Assembly (NCBI GenBank): GCA_963738405.1
Contig: CAVTWJ010000022.1
Coordinates: 96,001 to 160,000, forward strand
Reading direction: 5' to 3'
Length of the DNA stretch: 64,000 nt
Origin: a candidate division FCPU426 bacterium
GTDB lineage: Bacteria > Oederibacteriota > Muellerivitia > Muellerivitales > Muellerivitaceae
The notes under the pieces are model-generated. The model was not told where the DNA came from. It saw only the letters and a list, made by a program, of their open reading frames with translations, and did no database searches. Shown here piece after piece: positions 46,943 through 56,318 of the stretch (position 1 is its first letter; each line of letters opens with the position of its first letter). A program made the position numbers and the translations under genes.

Positions 46943-47899
46943 ATGCCCGCCCAACCCTGGTTATCCATCGTGCTCGAGACCGGCACCCGGTCTCTTACAG
47001 GCCGAATCCCATTCAAGAACATGTTCCGACGGCACCTCGCCGAAACTCGAAGAACCCTCCCCGACTCACGCTTTGAGATGCTGATCGTGGGGGACGGTTT
47101 CAACCCCGGCAACCTTCCCAGAAACTGCCGCTACCTTGACCGTCCAGGGATGGGCTATTACGGGTTCAAGAACGAAGGGGCCCGTGAAGCGCGGGGAAAG
47201 TACGTGGTGTTCTGGGACAGCGATTGCAAGATCAGCCGGGGCTACTTGAGATTACTCCTGGATCTTTATAGTCAAAATCCAGGAGTTATCGCCATTGGGG
47301 GTCGCACCGATTACGACAACCCCCATCTCTGGAGCCGCGTGAACACCATTGTTTGTTTCGGTCATTTTTGCCGAGCGCCACAGAGACTGACCAAGATTTC
47401 GGCCATCACCAACAATGTCTCCATCCGCAAAACCGCATTCCCACGTCATCCCTTCGGGCCCCACACAGGCCGGACCGGTGGGGATACCTTCATCACCCAA
47501 TATGCCGCCCGGAAAGGGGCCCCAATCCTATTTGATAAGCGGCTCTTTGTGCTTCACGAAGATATCACCACCCACACTAGCGCCCTCTTGGAGCGTCTCC
47601 TTCGGGACCTTTTCCACAAAGTCAATTGGATGCGCACAGGCTCCAAGTGGGAGGCGCTTGCTCGCGGCTACTGGAACTGGCCCATATTGTCCCTCAAGCG
47701 TCTGCGCCGGGTTCTTATTTATCGGAAGGATTATCGGGTGGAATGGCACGAAATGCCCGGAGCCCTCGCAGCCCTGGCCTGGTTTACTTTTTTGGAAATC
47801 ATCGCCCTGATCTGCATGACTTTCCGGCCTTCCTTGCTGATGAAGTGGTTGAACTTCCAATTCGGTTCCAGATGGATTGAATCTCGAGGAATCCGGTAA
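46943..47899 (+). CDS. Glycosyltransferase family 2 (paralog 2)
   Basis: KNEGAREARG, WDSDC; same 318-aa length and colinear with paralog 1. Confidence 0.8.
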   Translation: MPAQPWLSIVLETGTRSLTGRIPFKNMFRRHLAETRRTLPDSRFEMLIVGDGFNPGNLPRNCRYLDRPGMGYYGFKNEGAREARGKYVVFWDSDCKISRGYLRLLLDLYSQNPGVIAIGGRTDYDNPHLWSRVNTIVCFGHFCRAPQRLTKISAITNNVSIRKTAFPRHPFGPHTGRTGGDTFITQYAARKGAPILFDKRLFVLHEDITTHTSALLERLLRDLFHKVNWMRTGSKWEALARGYWNWPILSLKRLRRVLIYRKDYRVEWHEMPGALAALAWFTFLEIIALICMTFRPSLLMKWLNFQFGSRWIESRGIR

Positions 47900-47907
47900 A
47901 AAAATCT

Positions 47908-49071
47908 TCAGCTTTTCAAACCACCCAGTAATTTTTTCGCCGCATTGGCCCAATCTTTTTGACGGGCATAATTCATGGCAACCCGTGAGTTTCCAGGCAA
48001 CCCGACTGCTTTTTCCAGCAGACGGATAAAAGCAGGCCGGTCCTGCGCCAAAAGAGCCGGGCTTTTTAATGACCTTAATTCCCGGGTTGAGGAAGCCACC
48101 ACCGGCAAGCCGCAGGCCAAGTACTGGTATAGCTTCAGAGGGTTCATGTAATGGATCAGTTCCGGTCTTTCCCAAACGTTATTGGGAATGATCCCCACAT
48201 CGGCATGGCGCAGATAAGGCGGAAGGTTTTCATATTTCCGGGGGCCTAAAATATGAATGTTTTTAATTCCCCCCAGCCTTTGCCTGGCATGGTTCTCTGG
48301 TCCAATGAGGATGAAAGAAAACGATGGATGTTTCATGGCCGCTTCCTTGACCAAGCCAAAATCGAACCAATCTTCCATCGACCCGGCATAAACAATACGA
48401 GGCCCGGTCATATTCTTATATTCGAAGGGAACGTCTGTTTTGTCTTCAGCGAAATGGTTGAATTGGACCCCATTGGGTAGAAAAAAATGTCGAGTGGGCT
48501 GGAGCGATTGAACGAGGGGTTTTAAACCTTGGGCGGTGTAAACAACCTCTGAAACCGAAAGAGCCAATCCCCGAATCAGACTCCGGACCGAGTCGGTCCC
48601 CATTTTCTGGTAACCCTCAGGGTGATCCGTCATGCGATAAACCGACCGTTGGTGGCGTATCTTTCCAAGCCAGAAGTATTGGTAGACGCTTTCGATATAA
48701 ACGAGATCCACCTCCCCGAATCCGTTTTTAAACGCTTGTACTACAACGGAGGGAAAAGCAGTCTTCCACCAGTTCCGGGCCACCCAACGGCTTCTTAAAA
48801 GGGTCCTATTGGTAGGAGTTAAGGGGGCGGCCGGAACATAGGCCCAGAGTTTCCCATTGAGGTCTCTTTGGCCACCGGAGAGGTAAAGTTGAAGACGGGA
48901 AGAAAGACTGTGGCTCGCTCCGGGCAATAGATGAAAAGGAGAGATTGGGTCGGAGACAAAGGCCACTTCATAACCTATTTTGACAAATTCGCGGGCTAAT
49001 TGGTGACTCCCCACTTGGATGGGAGAGTTCCAACTGTGGTAACTCGCCATAAGAATTTTGCGTGTTTTCAC
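47908..49071 (-). CDS. GT-B glycosyltransferase (GumK/TuaH-like)
   Basis: PNGV, VYAGSM, DVGIIP, PLKLYQYLACGLPVV. Confidence 0.85.
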   Translation of the reverse strand: MKTRKILMASYHSWNSPIQVGSHQLAREFVKIGYEVAFVSDPISPFHLLPGASHSLSSRLQLYLSGGQRDLNGKLWAYVPAAPLTPTNRTLLRSRWVARNWWKTAFPSVVVQAFKNGFGEVDLVYIESVYQYFWLGKIRHQRSVYRMTDHPEGYQKMGTDSVRSLIRGLALSVSEVVYTAQGLKPLVQSLQPTRHFFLPNGVQFNHFAEDKTDVPFEYKNMTGPRIVYAGSMEDWFDFGLVKEAAMKHPSFSFILIGPENHARQRLGGIKNIHILGPRKYENLPPYLRHADVGIIPNNVWERPELIHYMNPLKLYQYLACGLPVVASSTRELRSLKSPALLAQDRPAFIRLLEKAVGLPGNSRVAMNYARQKDWANAAKKLLGGLKS

Positions 49072-49072
49072 T

Positions 49073-50443
49073 TTAATCCATCATCTCTTCAGCCAATCCA
49101 TCCCCCGCTCCCCATAAATTTTTAAGCTGGGTCACATTCCCTTTTAAATGAAGTTGATGCCAGACGACCCCGAGAGTCAGAACCAGTACCAAAAAATAAG
49201 TAAGGGAAGAGGAAATGGAAGCCCCGTCAATCCCCCAATGAGGGATCGTCCAAAAGTTTATTGCGATATTAAAAACCGCCGCCAAGGCCCAACTGGCGAT
49301 CAAAAGTTTGGGGAAACCCACACTGTGAAGAAACCGGGCCAACACCCATTGAATGGACAAAAAATATAACCCTGGAAGAAGCAAAAGGAGGGGATCAATA
49401 GATGGAATGTATCTATCTCCAAACATGATTCGAAGGGCCGGCTTGGCCGTAATTGCGGCCAGCAAGAAAAGGGGGATCAGGGCCAGGGCCGTCATCCAAG
49501 TCACCTTTTTGGCGGTGTTAAACTTTTGATCGAAACTCTTCATGGCGGATAACTTTGGAAACAAAACCACGCTAATGATAACCGGAAGCAGCGAAACCGC
49601 GTCTCCCATGCTGACGGCTGTGGCGTAATAACCCGTTTGGGCCGCCCCGGCCAGATATTTGACCATCAACTGGTCGATCCGCAAGACGAGGAAAGAAAAA
49701 AAAGCCGAAAAATAAGCCCGGAAACCGTAATTCATATGGGCCTTGAAAAGGGCCCAGGAGGGCCTGGGTGTTTCCCGAAATTCCTTCCGTAAAACCGTAA
49801 AATTCAGGAAAAGACAGGCGGCCAGCGATAGAAAAGCCGCACCCAGGAATGAATCCACCTTGGCCCAACCTAACCCCCAAAAAAAAGCCATCAGAAGAAC
49901 TTTTAGGACCCGGCCAGCCAGTTCAATGGCGTTATTAGCAGTTGTTTTTTGTATTCCTACTAAGAGAAATTGAAATAAAAGATAGATCAAAGAAAGGGGT
50001 ATCCAGGCAAGCGCAATGCCCAAAAGTGTTCCATCAACAGGGGCGATATTCGGCCAGAAGTTGAAAAACGCCAAAAGGATTAAGACGATAAATCCGCCTA
50101 AGACTAAACCCGCCCAGAGGCTGTTCGCCATCAACTTTGGAAGCAGTTTCCTGTTTTGCGCGACGTAATAATTATTGGCCCAATGAATGCCAAAGTTTCC
50201 TAATTGGGCTCCCAGAGTTCCCAACACGAAAGCCGCCGCGTATTGGCCTTGCCCTTCCGGGCCCAACAAACGGGCGATCAGGATAGAGCCCATCAGTCCT
50301 ACAAGGGTCTGGAGTATTCTCAGGATATAACTTTCAGCCACATCCTTAAAAAATCGCGAATTCCGAAGACGGCTTCTAATTTCAGCACCTTTCCTCAAAA
50401 GATCGGATTTCCGCCACTTTTGGAAACTTGTTTTTTTCTTCAT
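49073..50443 (-). CDS. Wzx-type oligosaccharide flippase
   Basis: ARLLGPEGQG, many TMs, RIDQLMV, GYYATA, IPHWGIDGASI. Confidence 0.9.
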   Translation of the reverse strand: MKKKTSFQKWRKSDLLRKGAEIRSRLRNSRFFKDVAESYILRILQTLVGLMGSILIARLLGPEGQGQYAAAFVLGTLGAQLGNFGIHWANNYYVAQNRKLLPKLMANSLWAGLVLGGFIVLILLAFFNFWPNIAPVDGTLLGIALAWIPLSLIYLLFQFLLVGIQKTTANNAIELAGRVLKVLLMAFFWGLGWAKVDSFLGAAFLSLAACLFLNFTVLRKEFRETPRPSWALFKAHMNYGFRAYFSAFFSFLVLRIDQLMVKYLAGAAQTGYYATAVSMGDAVSLLPVIISVVLFPKLSAMKSFDQKFNTAKKVTWMTALALIPLFLLAAITAKPALRIMFGDRYIPSIDPLLLLLPGLYFLSIQWVLARFLHSVGFPKLLIASWALAAVFNIAINFWTIPHWGIDGASISSSLTYFLVLVLTLGVVWHQLHLKGNVTQLKNLWGAGDGLAEEMMD

Positions 50444-50462
50444 GAAAAATCACACATTTTTC

Positions 50463-51524
50463 TCATTCCGGGCTCGATGGAAACTTCTTTAGTATTCCCG
50501 CCCGACTCCTGGGCCTGCCCTCGAAAAGAAATTGAGCGGAATCGATCCAGACCTTTTCAACGGATATGCTTTTCAGGCATTGATTATCGCTGCAGTCCGC
50601 GTAGTTCCGCCCGTCATAACAGGGGCGGCAGGCCAAATGCTCCCCTCCCCAAATCACATGGACCCTTTCGTTCACCGGAACCTTCTCCGAGGGTGTGGTG
50701 GGACCGAACAGGGCCAATACTTTCGCGCCGGAAGCGATGGCCAAATGCATGGGACCGCTGTCATGGGTGATCACCAGGTCGCATTGACCATAGAGGGCCA
50801 CCAGTTCGATGAGGGATGTTTGGCCCACCCAATCAACCACCGGAAGACCTTGAAAAGATTCGCGGACCCAGGCGTCCTCAGCCGAGCCCGTGACCAACAC
50901 CTGAACGCCTTCTTTCAAAAGCTTCCCGGCCAAGAGGGCGTAATTTTCGAGAGGCCAACGCCTCAAGGCGTCGTCGCGGAGGATGTTTTTGGCCCCTCCC
51001 GGAGCCAGGGCGACGATTTTTTTATTTCGATCCAATTGATCGGAGAAAGCCTGGGGCAACGGAACCCGGATCGGGGGAATTCCAGGGGTGTAATCGGAAG
51101 ACGCCCCCGTTGCCGAAACCAAACGAGCGTATTCTTCCGCGTGGTAATTTCCCGGCAGGGGACGACGCCCGTCACCCCCCTTTCCAAAACCCCTGCGGTT
51201 TGTTCCCCAGGCCGTCAGGCTTAACAAACGGTACCGAAAATCGGCATGGCCCGTGATGATGAGGTCGAAACGCCTACCCAACAGTTTGGCCCAGACCGGG
51301 ACTAAAACCAAAAGGGCTCCCAACCATCCGCCCTTCAACAGTTTGCGATCATCGATTTCGATGATTTCATCCACCCGATTGACCGACCGTACCAGGGGAG
51401 CGACGATTCTGCCGCACACCCATGTGACATGGGAACCGGGTGCCAAGCGGTCAATCGCCGGAAGCATCGAAAGGGACATGGCCGTATCGCCCACGGCCCC
51501 AATTTTGACGATGAGCACTTTCAT
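50463..51524 (-). CDS. Glycosyltransferase family 9 (heptosyltransferase-like)
   Basis: GAVGD, RRWP, HDSGPMHLA, LFGPT, C-terminal CRPC...C...C. Confidence 0.93.
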   Translation of the reverse strand: MKVLIVKIGAVGDTAMSLSMLPAIDRLAPGSHVTWVCGRIVAPLVRSVNRVDEIIEIDDRKLLKGGWLGALLVLVPVWAKLLGRRFDLIITGHADFRYRLLSLTAWGTNRRGFGKGGDGRRPLPGNYHAEEYARLVSATGASSDYTPGIPPIRVPLPQAFSDQLDRNKKIVALAPGGAKNILRDDALRRWPLENYALLAGKLLKEGVQVLVTGSAEDAWVRESFQGLPVVDWVGQTSLIELVALYGQCDLVITHDSGPMHLAIASGAKVLALFGPTTPSEKVPVNERVHVIWGGEHLACRPCYDGRNYADCSDNQCLKSISVEKVWIDSAQFLFEGRPRSRAGILKKFPSSPE

Positions 51525-51648
51525 GGGATTAAAACTTCGGTTGAACAACGGGGGTTCTCATCCGGCGCGTCCTTGATCACGGGTCTGTCGATTTCGCAAT
51601 CTAAAAAACATTATATCGGCACAGGAATGATCCCAAAGAAATTCCCTA

Positions 51649-51654
51649 TATAAT
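51649..51654 (+). promoter_or_regulatory. Sigma70 -10 box, probable leaderless promoter
   Basis: TATAAT followed by 6 nt and the ATG at 51661, no Shine-Dalgarno. Confidence 0.55.
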
Positions 51655-51660
51655 GCCCGC

Positions 51661-52797
51661 ATGAAAATACTTTTCGTATCCCACAGCTCGGTCATGCCCA
51701 CTTACCGGGAAAAGTTAAAGCTCCTCGCCCGTCGAAAAGACCTGGAGTTAATTCTGCTTTTGCCCTCTTCTTGGCCCGAAGCGGGACGCAAAATGGTATC
51801 CCAAGATCAGGAATCAAGCCTAGAGGGTTTTCAGATTATTTCCCGCCCCATCTGGCTGAAGGGCCGGATCAAACGGCATTTCTATCCGGGTTTCTTTAAA
51901 GTCGCCCTGCAGGTTCGCCCCGACATCATCCACATTGAGGAAGAACCCTACAGTTTGGTGGCCTGGCAGGCCGCCCAGGCCGCTAAAAGCTTGAAGGCTC
52001 GGTTGGTTTTTTTCACTTGGGAAAACCTTCTGGAAAAATTCGGCTTTCCCCACCAGGCCATACGCCGTTATGTGTTAAAAACAACAGAACACGCGATCGC
52101 GGGCGATCTGGAAGCGGGGCAGCTTCTCGAGAAGGCCGGTTACCCCCCCAAAAAAATATCCATCATTCCCCAATATGGCGTGAATCCTTCCCTGTTCCGC
52201 AAGAAGAAAGCGGCCAAGCTTAAGAAAGATTTGAAATTAGGCGCTTTCACCGTTGGATATATAGGACGCTTGGTCCCTGAAAAGGGCATTCAACATCTTT
52301 TGGAGGCCTTTGCCAGGCTGAAGGCCGGAAAAAACAGCCTTCTTATACTGGGAAACGGGCCCCTGCGGGACCACCTGTCGGCGCAAGCGATTCAACTTGG
52401 AATATCGGACAGGGTAAGGTGGATTCCCGCCATGGATCAAACACTTGTCCCCGATTACTTGAATTGCATGGATACCTTGGTTCTTCCTTCCCTGACCACG
52501 CCGAGATGGAAAGAACAATTCGGAAGGGTTTTGATCGAGGCCCAGGCCTGTGAAGTCCCGGTCGTCGGCTCTGATTCGGGCGCGATCCCCGAAGTCATCG
52601 GGAAGGCCGGCTTAGTATTTCCAGAGGCGAACGTAGAACAACTGGCCCAAAGGATCCAATCTTTGGTTAACTCTAAGACACTTCGGGAAAAATTGGGCAA
52701 ACTTGGCCGGAAACAAGTTTTAAAACATTACACGAATCAAATAATCGCCGACTCCATTTATGGAATTTATCGAAATCTTTTGAAAAGTACGGGTTGA
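51661..52797 (+). CDS. Glycosyltransferase family 4
   Basis: GRLVPEKG, WKEQFGRVLIEAQAC, GSDSGAIPEV. Confidence 0.93.
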   Translation: MKILFVSHSSVMPTYREKLKLLARRKDLELILLLPSSWPEAGRKMVSQDQESSLEGFQIISRPIWLKGRIKRHFYPGFFKVALQVRPDIIHIEEEPYSLVAWQAAQAAKSLKARLVFFTWENLLEKFGFPHQAIRRYVLKTTEHAIAGDLEAGQLLEKAGYPPKKISIIPQYGVNPSLFRKKKAAKLKKDLKLGAFTVGYIGRLVPEKGIQHLLEAFARLKAGKNSLLILGNGPLRDHLSAQAIQLGISDRVRWIPAMDQTLVPDYLNCMDTLVLPSLTTPRWKEQFGRVLIEAQACEVPVVGSDSGAIPEVIGKAGLVFPEANVEQLAQRIQSLVNSKTLREKLGKLGRKQVLKHYTNQIIADSIYGIYRNLLKSTG

Positions 52798-52803
52798 TTT
52801 TAA

Positions 52804-54387
52804 ATGTTTCTCGAGAGGACTCGTAAAATGACTTGGGGCTTGTTAGAGAAACTCAAAAACAAAATAAGCTCTCCTTTTTGGGTTTTCGCTATTTTTTATT
52901 TGTTGTTCACCCTGTTCACGTTCCGAGATTACGGCATCACGGATGACGAATATGACTCCTATATCGGCGGGGCTTATCACCTCAAGCATTACTACAACCA
53001 CACCAGCCTCGAGGAATACAACCTCTTCACCGATGACAAGGCCACGCACAATTATATTTATCCCGCCTTCCTGCACATCCTCAGCCTTTTGATTGCTGAA
53101 AAGCTCCATTTTTTCAACATGCTCTTCGCTCTCTTGATCTATTGGGCCTTCTACCGAGTCCTATGGGAGGCATATGAAATACCCTGGTGGGCGCTTTTAG
53201 GACCTTTCTTCTTATTCTTAACCTTCAGATTTTCCGGGGATGTGCCGGCCAATCCCAAGGATGCCCCCTTTGCTGTCCTTTATTTTTTTAGTTTGGCTTG
53301 GATCTATATGGCGCGACTCAAACCCAGGGACCCTTTATGGGAATCGATCCTGCTCGGAAGCCTCGTCGGATGGACCGCCTCGGTCCGGGCCATCGGTTTG
53401 ACCCTGCTCCCTGTTTTAATCGGTTTTCGTTTTTATGAATACATTCTGGAAACAAGGGCGAAGGACCAAAGAGCGAGCCTATGGGCCTGGATTTCCAGGG
53501 AAGGGCCCGGTTTCTTGACGGTATTTTTGGTTTCACAATTCTGGATGGCGGCCCTTTGGCCCTATTTAGGGAGTAATTACTTCGGGCATATCCTGAATGT
53601 TTACCTTTTGGCTAAAAATTATCCCTGGCTCGGACCCATATTGTTCATGGGACAAAATATTTCGACTCTGCAGCTTCCCTGGTTTTACATTCCACTCTAT
53701 CTTTTGATTACTTCTCCCTTGTTCCTCATCGCCTTTGGAGTCGTATCACCCTTTTTACTCAAAACTAAGGCCGCCTCAAAAGAAAGACGGCTGTTCGTTC
53801 TATTCGGTTCGGCCTTCTTGTTCAACCTCGCTCTTTACGTCCTGATCAAGCCGGTCGTTTACAACGCGCTGAGGCACTACCTGTTCCTTGTCCCGATCCT
53901 ATGCCTTTTGGGGACCCTTGGATTGATCGAGTTTTTCTATGGTAAAAGCGGCCTGGGAATGAAAAAAACGGTAGCGGCCCTCGTCGGTCTGAACATTCTT
54001 TTAGTAATCGTGGAATTGTTCCGTCTTTACCCTTACCAATATGCCTATTTCAACGAGTTGGTTGGAGGATTCAAAGGCGCGACGGGACGCTTCGAACAAG
54101 AATATTGGGCCGCCAATTACCGGGAGGCCGTTTTATGGATTCGAAATAACGAGGCCACCGACCCGAATAAAATCTATCGAGTTAAAATTCAAGGTACCCC
54201 TTGGCAGTCGCTTTATTACTTCGGACCCAATATGAAGGGGGATGTCAGCATGACGGACCCCGAGTACGAAATAACGGAAGATCCACCCGTCCTATTTGAG
54301 AAAGAAAAACCCTCCCGGGAAATCATTCATATCGTTGAACGGGAAGGCGTTCCGCTTTCCTATATCTTGAAATACGGGCAAAAATAA
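52804..54387 (+). CDS. GT-C glycosyltransferase (PMT/ArnT-like)
   Basis: DYGITDDE after TM1, NPKDAPF, LPWFY, YNALRH, PYQYAYFNE. Confidence 0.75.
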   Translation: MFLERTRKMTWGLLEKLKNKISSPFWVFAIFYLLFTLFTFRDYGITDDEYDSYIGGAYHLKHYYNHTSLEEYNLFTDDKATHNYIYPAFLHILSLLIAEKLHFFNMLFALLIYWAFYRVLWEAYEIPWWALLGPFFLFLTFRFSGDVPANPKDAPFAVLYFFSLAWIYMARLKPRDPLWESILLGSLVGWTASVRAIGLTLLPVLIGFRFYEYILETRAKDQRASLWAWISREGPGFLTVFLVSQFWMAALWPYLGSNYFGHILNVYLLAKNYPWLGPILFMGQNISTLQLPWFYIPLYLLITSPLFLIAFGVVSPFLLKTKAASKERRLFVLFGSAFLFNLALYVLIKPVVYNALRHYLFLVPILCLLGTLGLIEFFYGKSGLGMKKTVAALVGLNILLVIVELFRLYPYQYAYFNELVGGFKGATGRFEQEYWAANYREAVLWIRNNEATDPNKIYRVKIQGTPWQSLYYFGPNMKGDVSMTDPEYEITEDPPVLFEKEKPSREIIHIVEREGVPLSYILKYGQK

Positions 54388-54420
54388 GTTTTCCAGACCT
54401 GGGTTGGAAAAGTATTCGGA

Positions 54421-54690
54421 CTAACTTTTCGCGGTTTCCCATCGTTCGAGGGTATAAACCTTATTCGCCATCAGCTTGGCTAGGAAGCGGGGGAATTTCA
54501 TCCCGATCATCCTAAGCCGCAGGTCCTCATGCATCATTTCCACGGTCATCTTGGGATCGGTAAAGGCCCCAAACCGGTAGCAACGCCGGCAGTAGGTGCC
54601 GGTTAAAATGCCGTTGCTTTCGGTTCCGTTTTCATAATCACTCAAAATGGGAAGGGCGCAGCTTTGGCAAACCGTTTTGGTATTTTTCAA
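54421..54690 (-). CDS. Zinc-ribbon domain protein
   Basis: CQSCALP...GTE.NG...YCRRCY..GAFT...LERW. Confidence 0.8.
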   Translation of the reverse strand: MKNTKTVCQSCALPILSDYENGTESNGILTGTYCRRCYRFGAFTDPKMTVEMMHEDLRLRMIGMKFPRFLAKLMANKVYTLERWETAKS

Positions 54691-55043
54691 GAAACCACGA
54701 CAGGTTCGGGAACCGCGTCTGTTCCCTCCACCGGCAAACCCGCCCTATACCATTCCCTCATACCCCCGGGGTAATTCAGGGCTTTGTGTCCGCGATCCTC
54801 CAAGGCCTTTGCCGCCAAAAAACTGTCCAAAAGGCCGAAATGGTCGCCGTACAAGATGAAGGATTTCCCCTTCCCGTATTTGTCTTCAACTTCCTTAGTA
54901 AAAGTAACGGGGTCGTCCGCAAAGGGATGGCTTTCCGAGCCCTTGATATGCATTTTTTTGTAATCACTCTTTGGCAGAATATTGAGAACAACGGTTTTTT
55001 CGTCTTTCATGCTTTCAATCACATTTTCTTTGTCGATCTTCAT
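54687..55043 (-). CDS. Rhodanese-fold protein lacking the catalytic Cys
   Basis: Y...HIKGS and YPGGMREW...GLPVE motifs; active-site loop reads LYGD and the protein has no Cys. Confidence 0.8.
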   Translation of the reverse strand: MKIDKENVIESMKDEKTVVLNILPKSDYKKMHIKGSESHPFADDPVTFTKEVEDKYGKGKSFILYGDHFGLLDSFLAAKALEDRGHKALNYPGGMREWYRAGLPVEGTDAVPEPVVVS

Positions 55044-55208
55044 GTTGGGACTTCCTTTCGGGACGTAGACGAAGGGCGAGAAAACTCGATGAATCGCGGA
55101 GGAACTCGTGTCGAATAGGTCGGCCTTAACTATAGGGCTTATCAGTCAAATAAAGGAATAAATCGCAGAGGGATGCGTATCAAAATGAGAAGGCTCTTCC
55201 TGTGTTCT

Positions 55209-55730
55209 TTACCAGGGTTGGATGGGGGGCTGGCTGCTAGCAGGGTTATCCAAAGCCGGAGCCGAACGGGAGAGAATCTTGAACGAATCAAAAAACTTCG
55301 ATGCGGAATTATTATCAAAATCCTTCGGACCCGAGGCCACTTCCAGGCTATAGAGGCAGGGTTTAGCCAGGATCAACCGTCCCATTACTACGTGTTTGGA
55401 AGTAATAATCCGGTACTCACAAGCCTCGTTATTCTGGAATTTGAAGAATTTTCGGCCATCCAATTGGCCATGAAGCCCATCCGCCAAATCTTCCAGGGTT
55501 TGGGAGAAATAATCCTTTGGGCTTATGGGAAAATCCCCGAGTCTTTTACAAGTAACGTTATAGGCCCGTTTTTGGGGATCAATGGAGACCCAAACCAGGT
55601 TACCTCCTATTTTCCTGGGAGATTCCGGCAACAGGACCGAAAAGGGGCCTGGGTTGAATGATTGCCATTCGGCAAGAAGACTGCCGGGATAAAGGGTCAA
55701 GAGGAACGCAACCAATAGAATCTTTTTCAT
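55209..55730 (-). CDS. Exported hypothetical protein
   Basis: Signal peptide MKKILLVAFLL; FSVLLP and FFDSFKIL pattern. Confidence 0.65.
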   Translation of the reverse strand: MKKILLVAFLLTLYPGSLLAEWQSFNPGPFSVLLPESPRKIGGNLVWVSIDPQKRAYNVTCKRLGDFPISPKDYFSQTLEDLADGLHGQLDGRKFFKFQNNEACEYRIITSKHVVMGRLILAKPCLYSLEVASGPKDFDNNSASKFFDSFKILSRSAPALDNPASSQPPIQPW

Positions 55731-55767
55731 CCGGCGCTGTCCTAATGTTTATTAAAAACCGGCTCTT

Positions 55768-56202
55768 TCAGGCTTTCGATGCCGGAATCAGAAAAAAAGA
55801 TTTTCGAACCTTGATCCAATGGAAAACCAATCCGATCCCCCAACCCAGGATCGGCCATTTTGACCACCCCACTGCTCCGCTGTGACTCAAGTCGAACAAT
55901 ATTAACCCCGCATTCACCGCCGCATAGATCAACAAATGCCGTAAAAACCCGTATCTCAAATGATCGTTTGATAAACCCTGGGGCGCCCCGGTTTTAAGAC
56001 CGACGGAAGCATTCAACTTGGCTACATCCACGCCTAATGCCGATGCCATCGCCATACGGGTCTCAGGTGCGGCGTTTCCATCCGATTCGACTCTTTGAAT
56101 GGTGCGTAAACTTAACCCAGCGGCCTCCGCCAGATGTTCCTGCGACCAGGATTTTTCTTCGCGAAGACGTTTCAGAATAGCGGCGTTTATTTTGATTTCC
56201 AT
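55768..56202 (-). CDS. XRE-family HTH regulator with C-terminal 2TM domain
   Basis: WSQEHLAEAAGLSLRTIQRVE; HLLIY...N...WPILGWGIGLVFHW; AAGGAG RBS. Confidence 0.88.
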   Translation of the reverse strand: MEIKINAAILKRLREEKSWSQEHLAEAAGLSLRTIQRVESDGNAAPETRMAMASALGVDVAKLNASVGLKTGAPQGLSNDHLRYGFLRHLLIYAAVNAGLILFDLSHSGAVGWSKWPILGWGIGLVFHWIKVRKSFFLIPASKA

Positions 56203-56318
56203 TAAGGTATCTCCTTGGTAAAGATAAAGACTTGCCACAATTGTCTTATCAAAACCGGGTCTAAACCACGCCAAACACACGCCAGTTTTACGACTTTCGA
56301 TTTCTGACGATTTCACCC

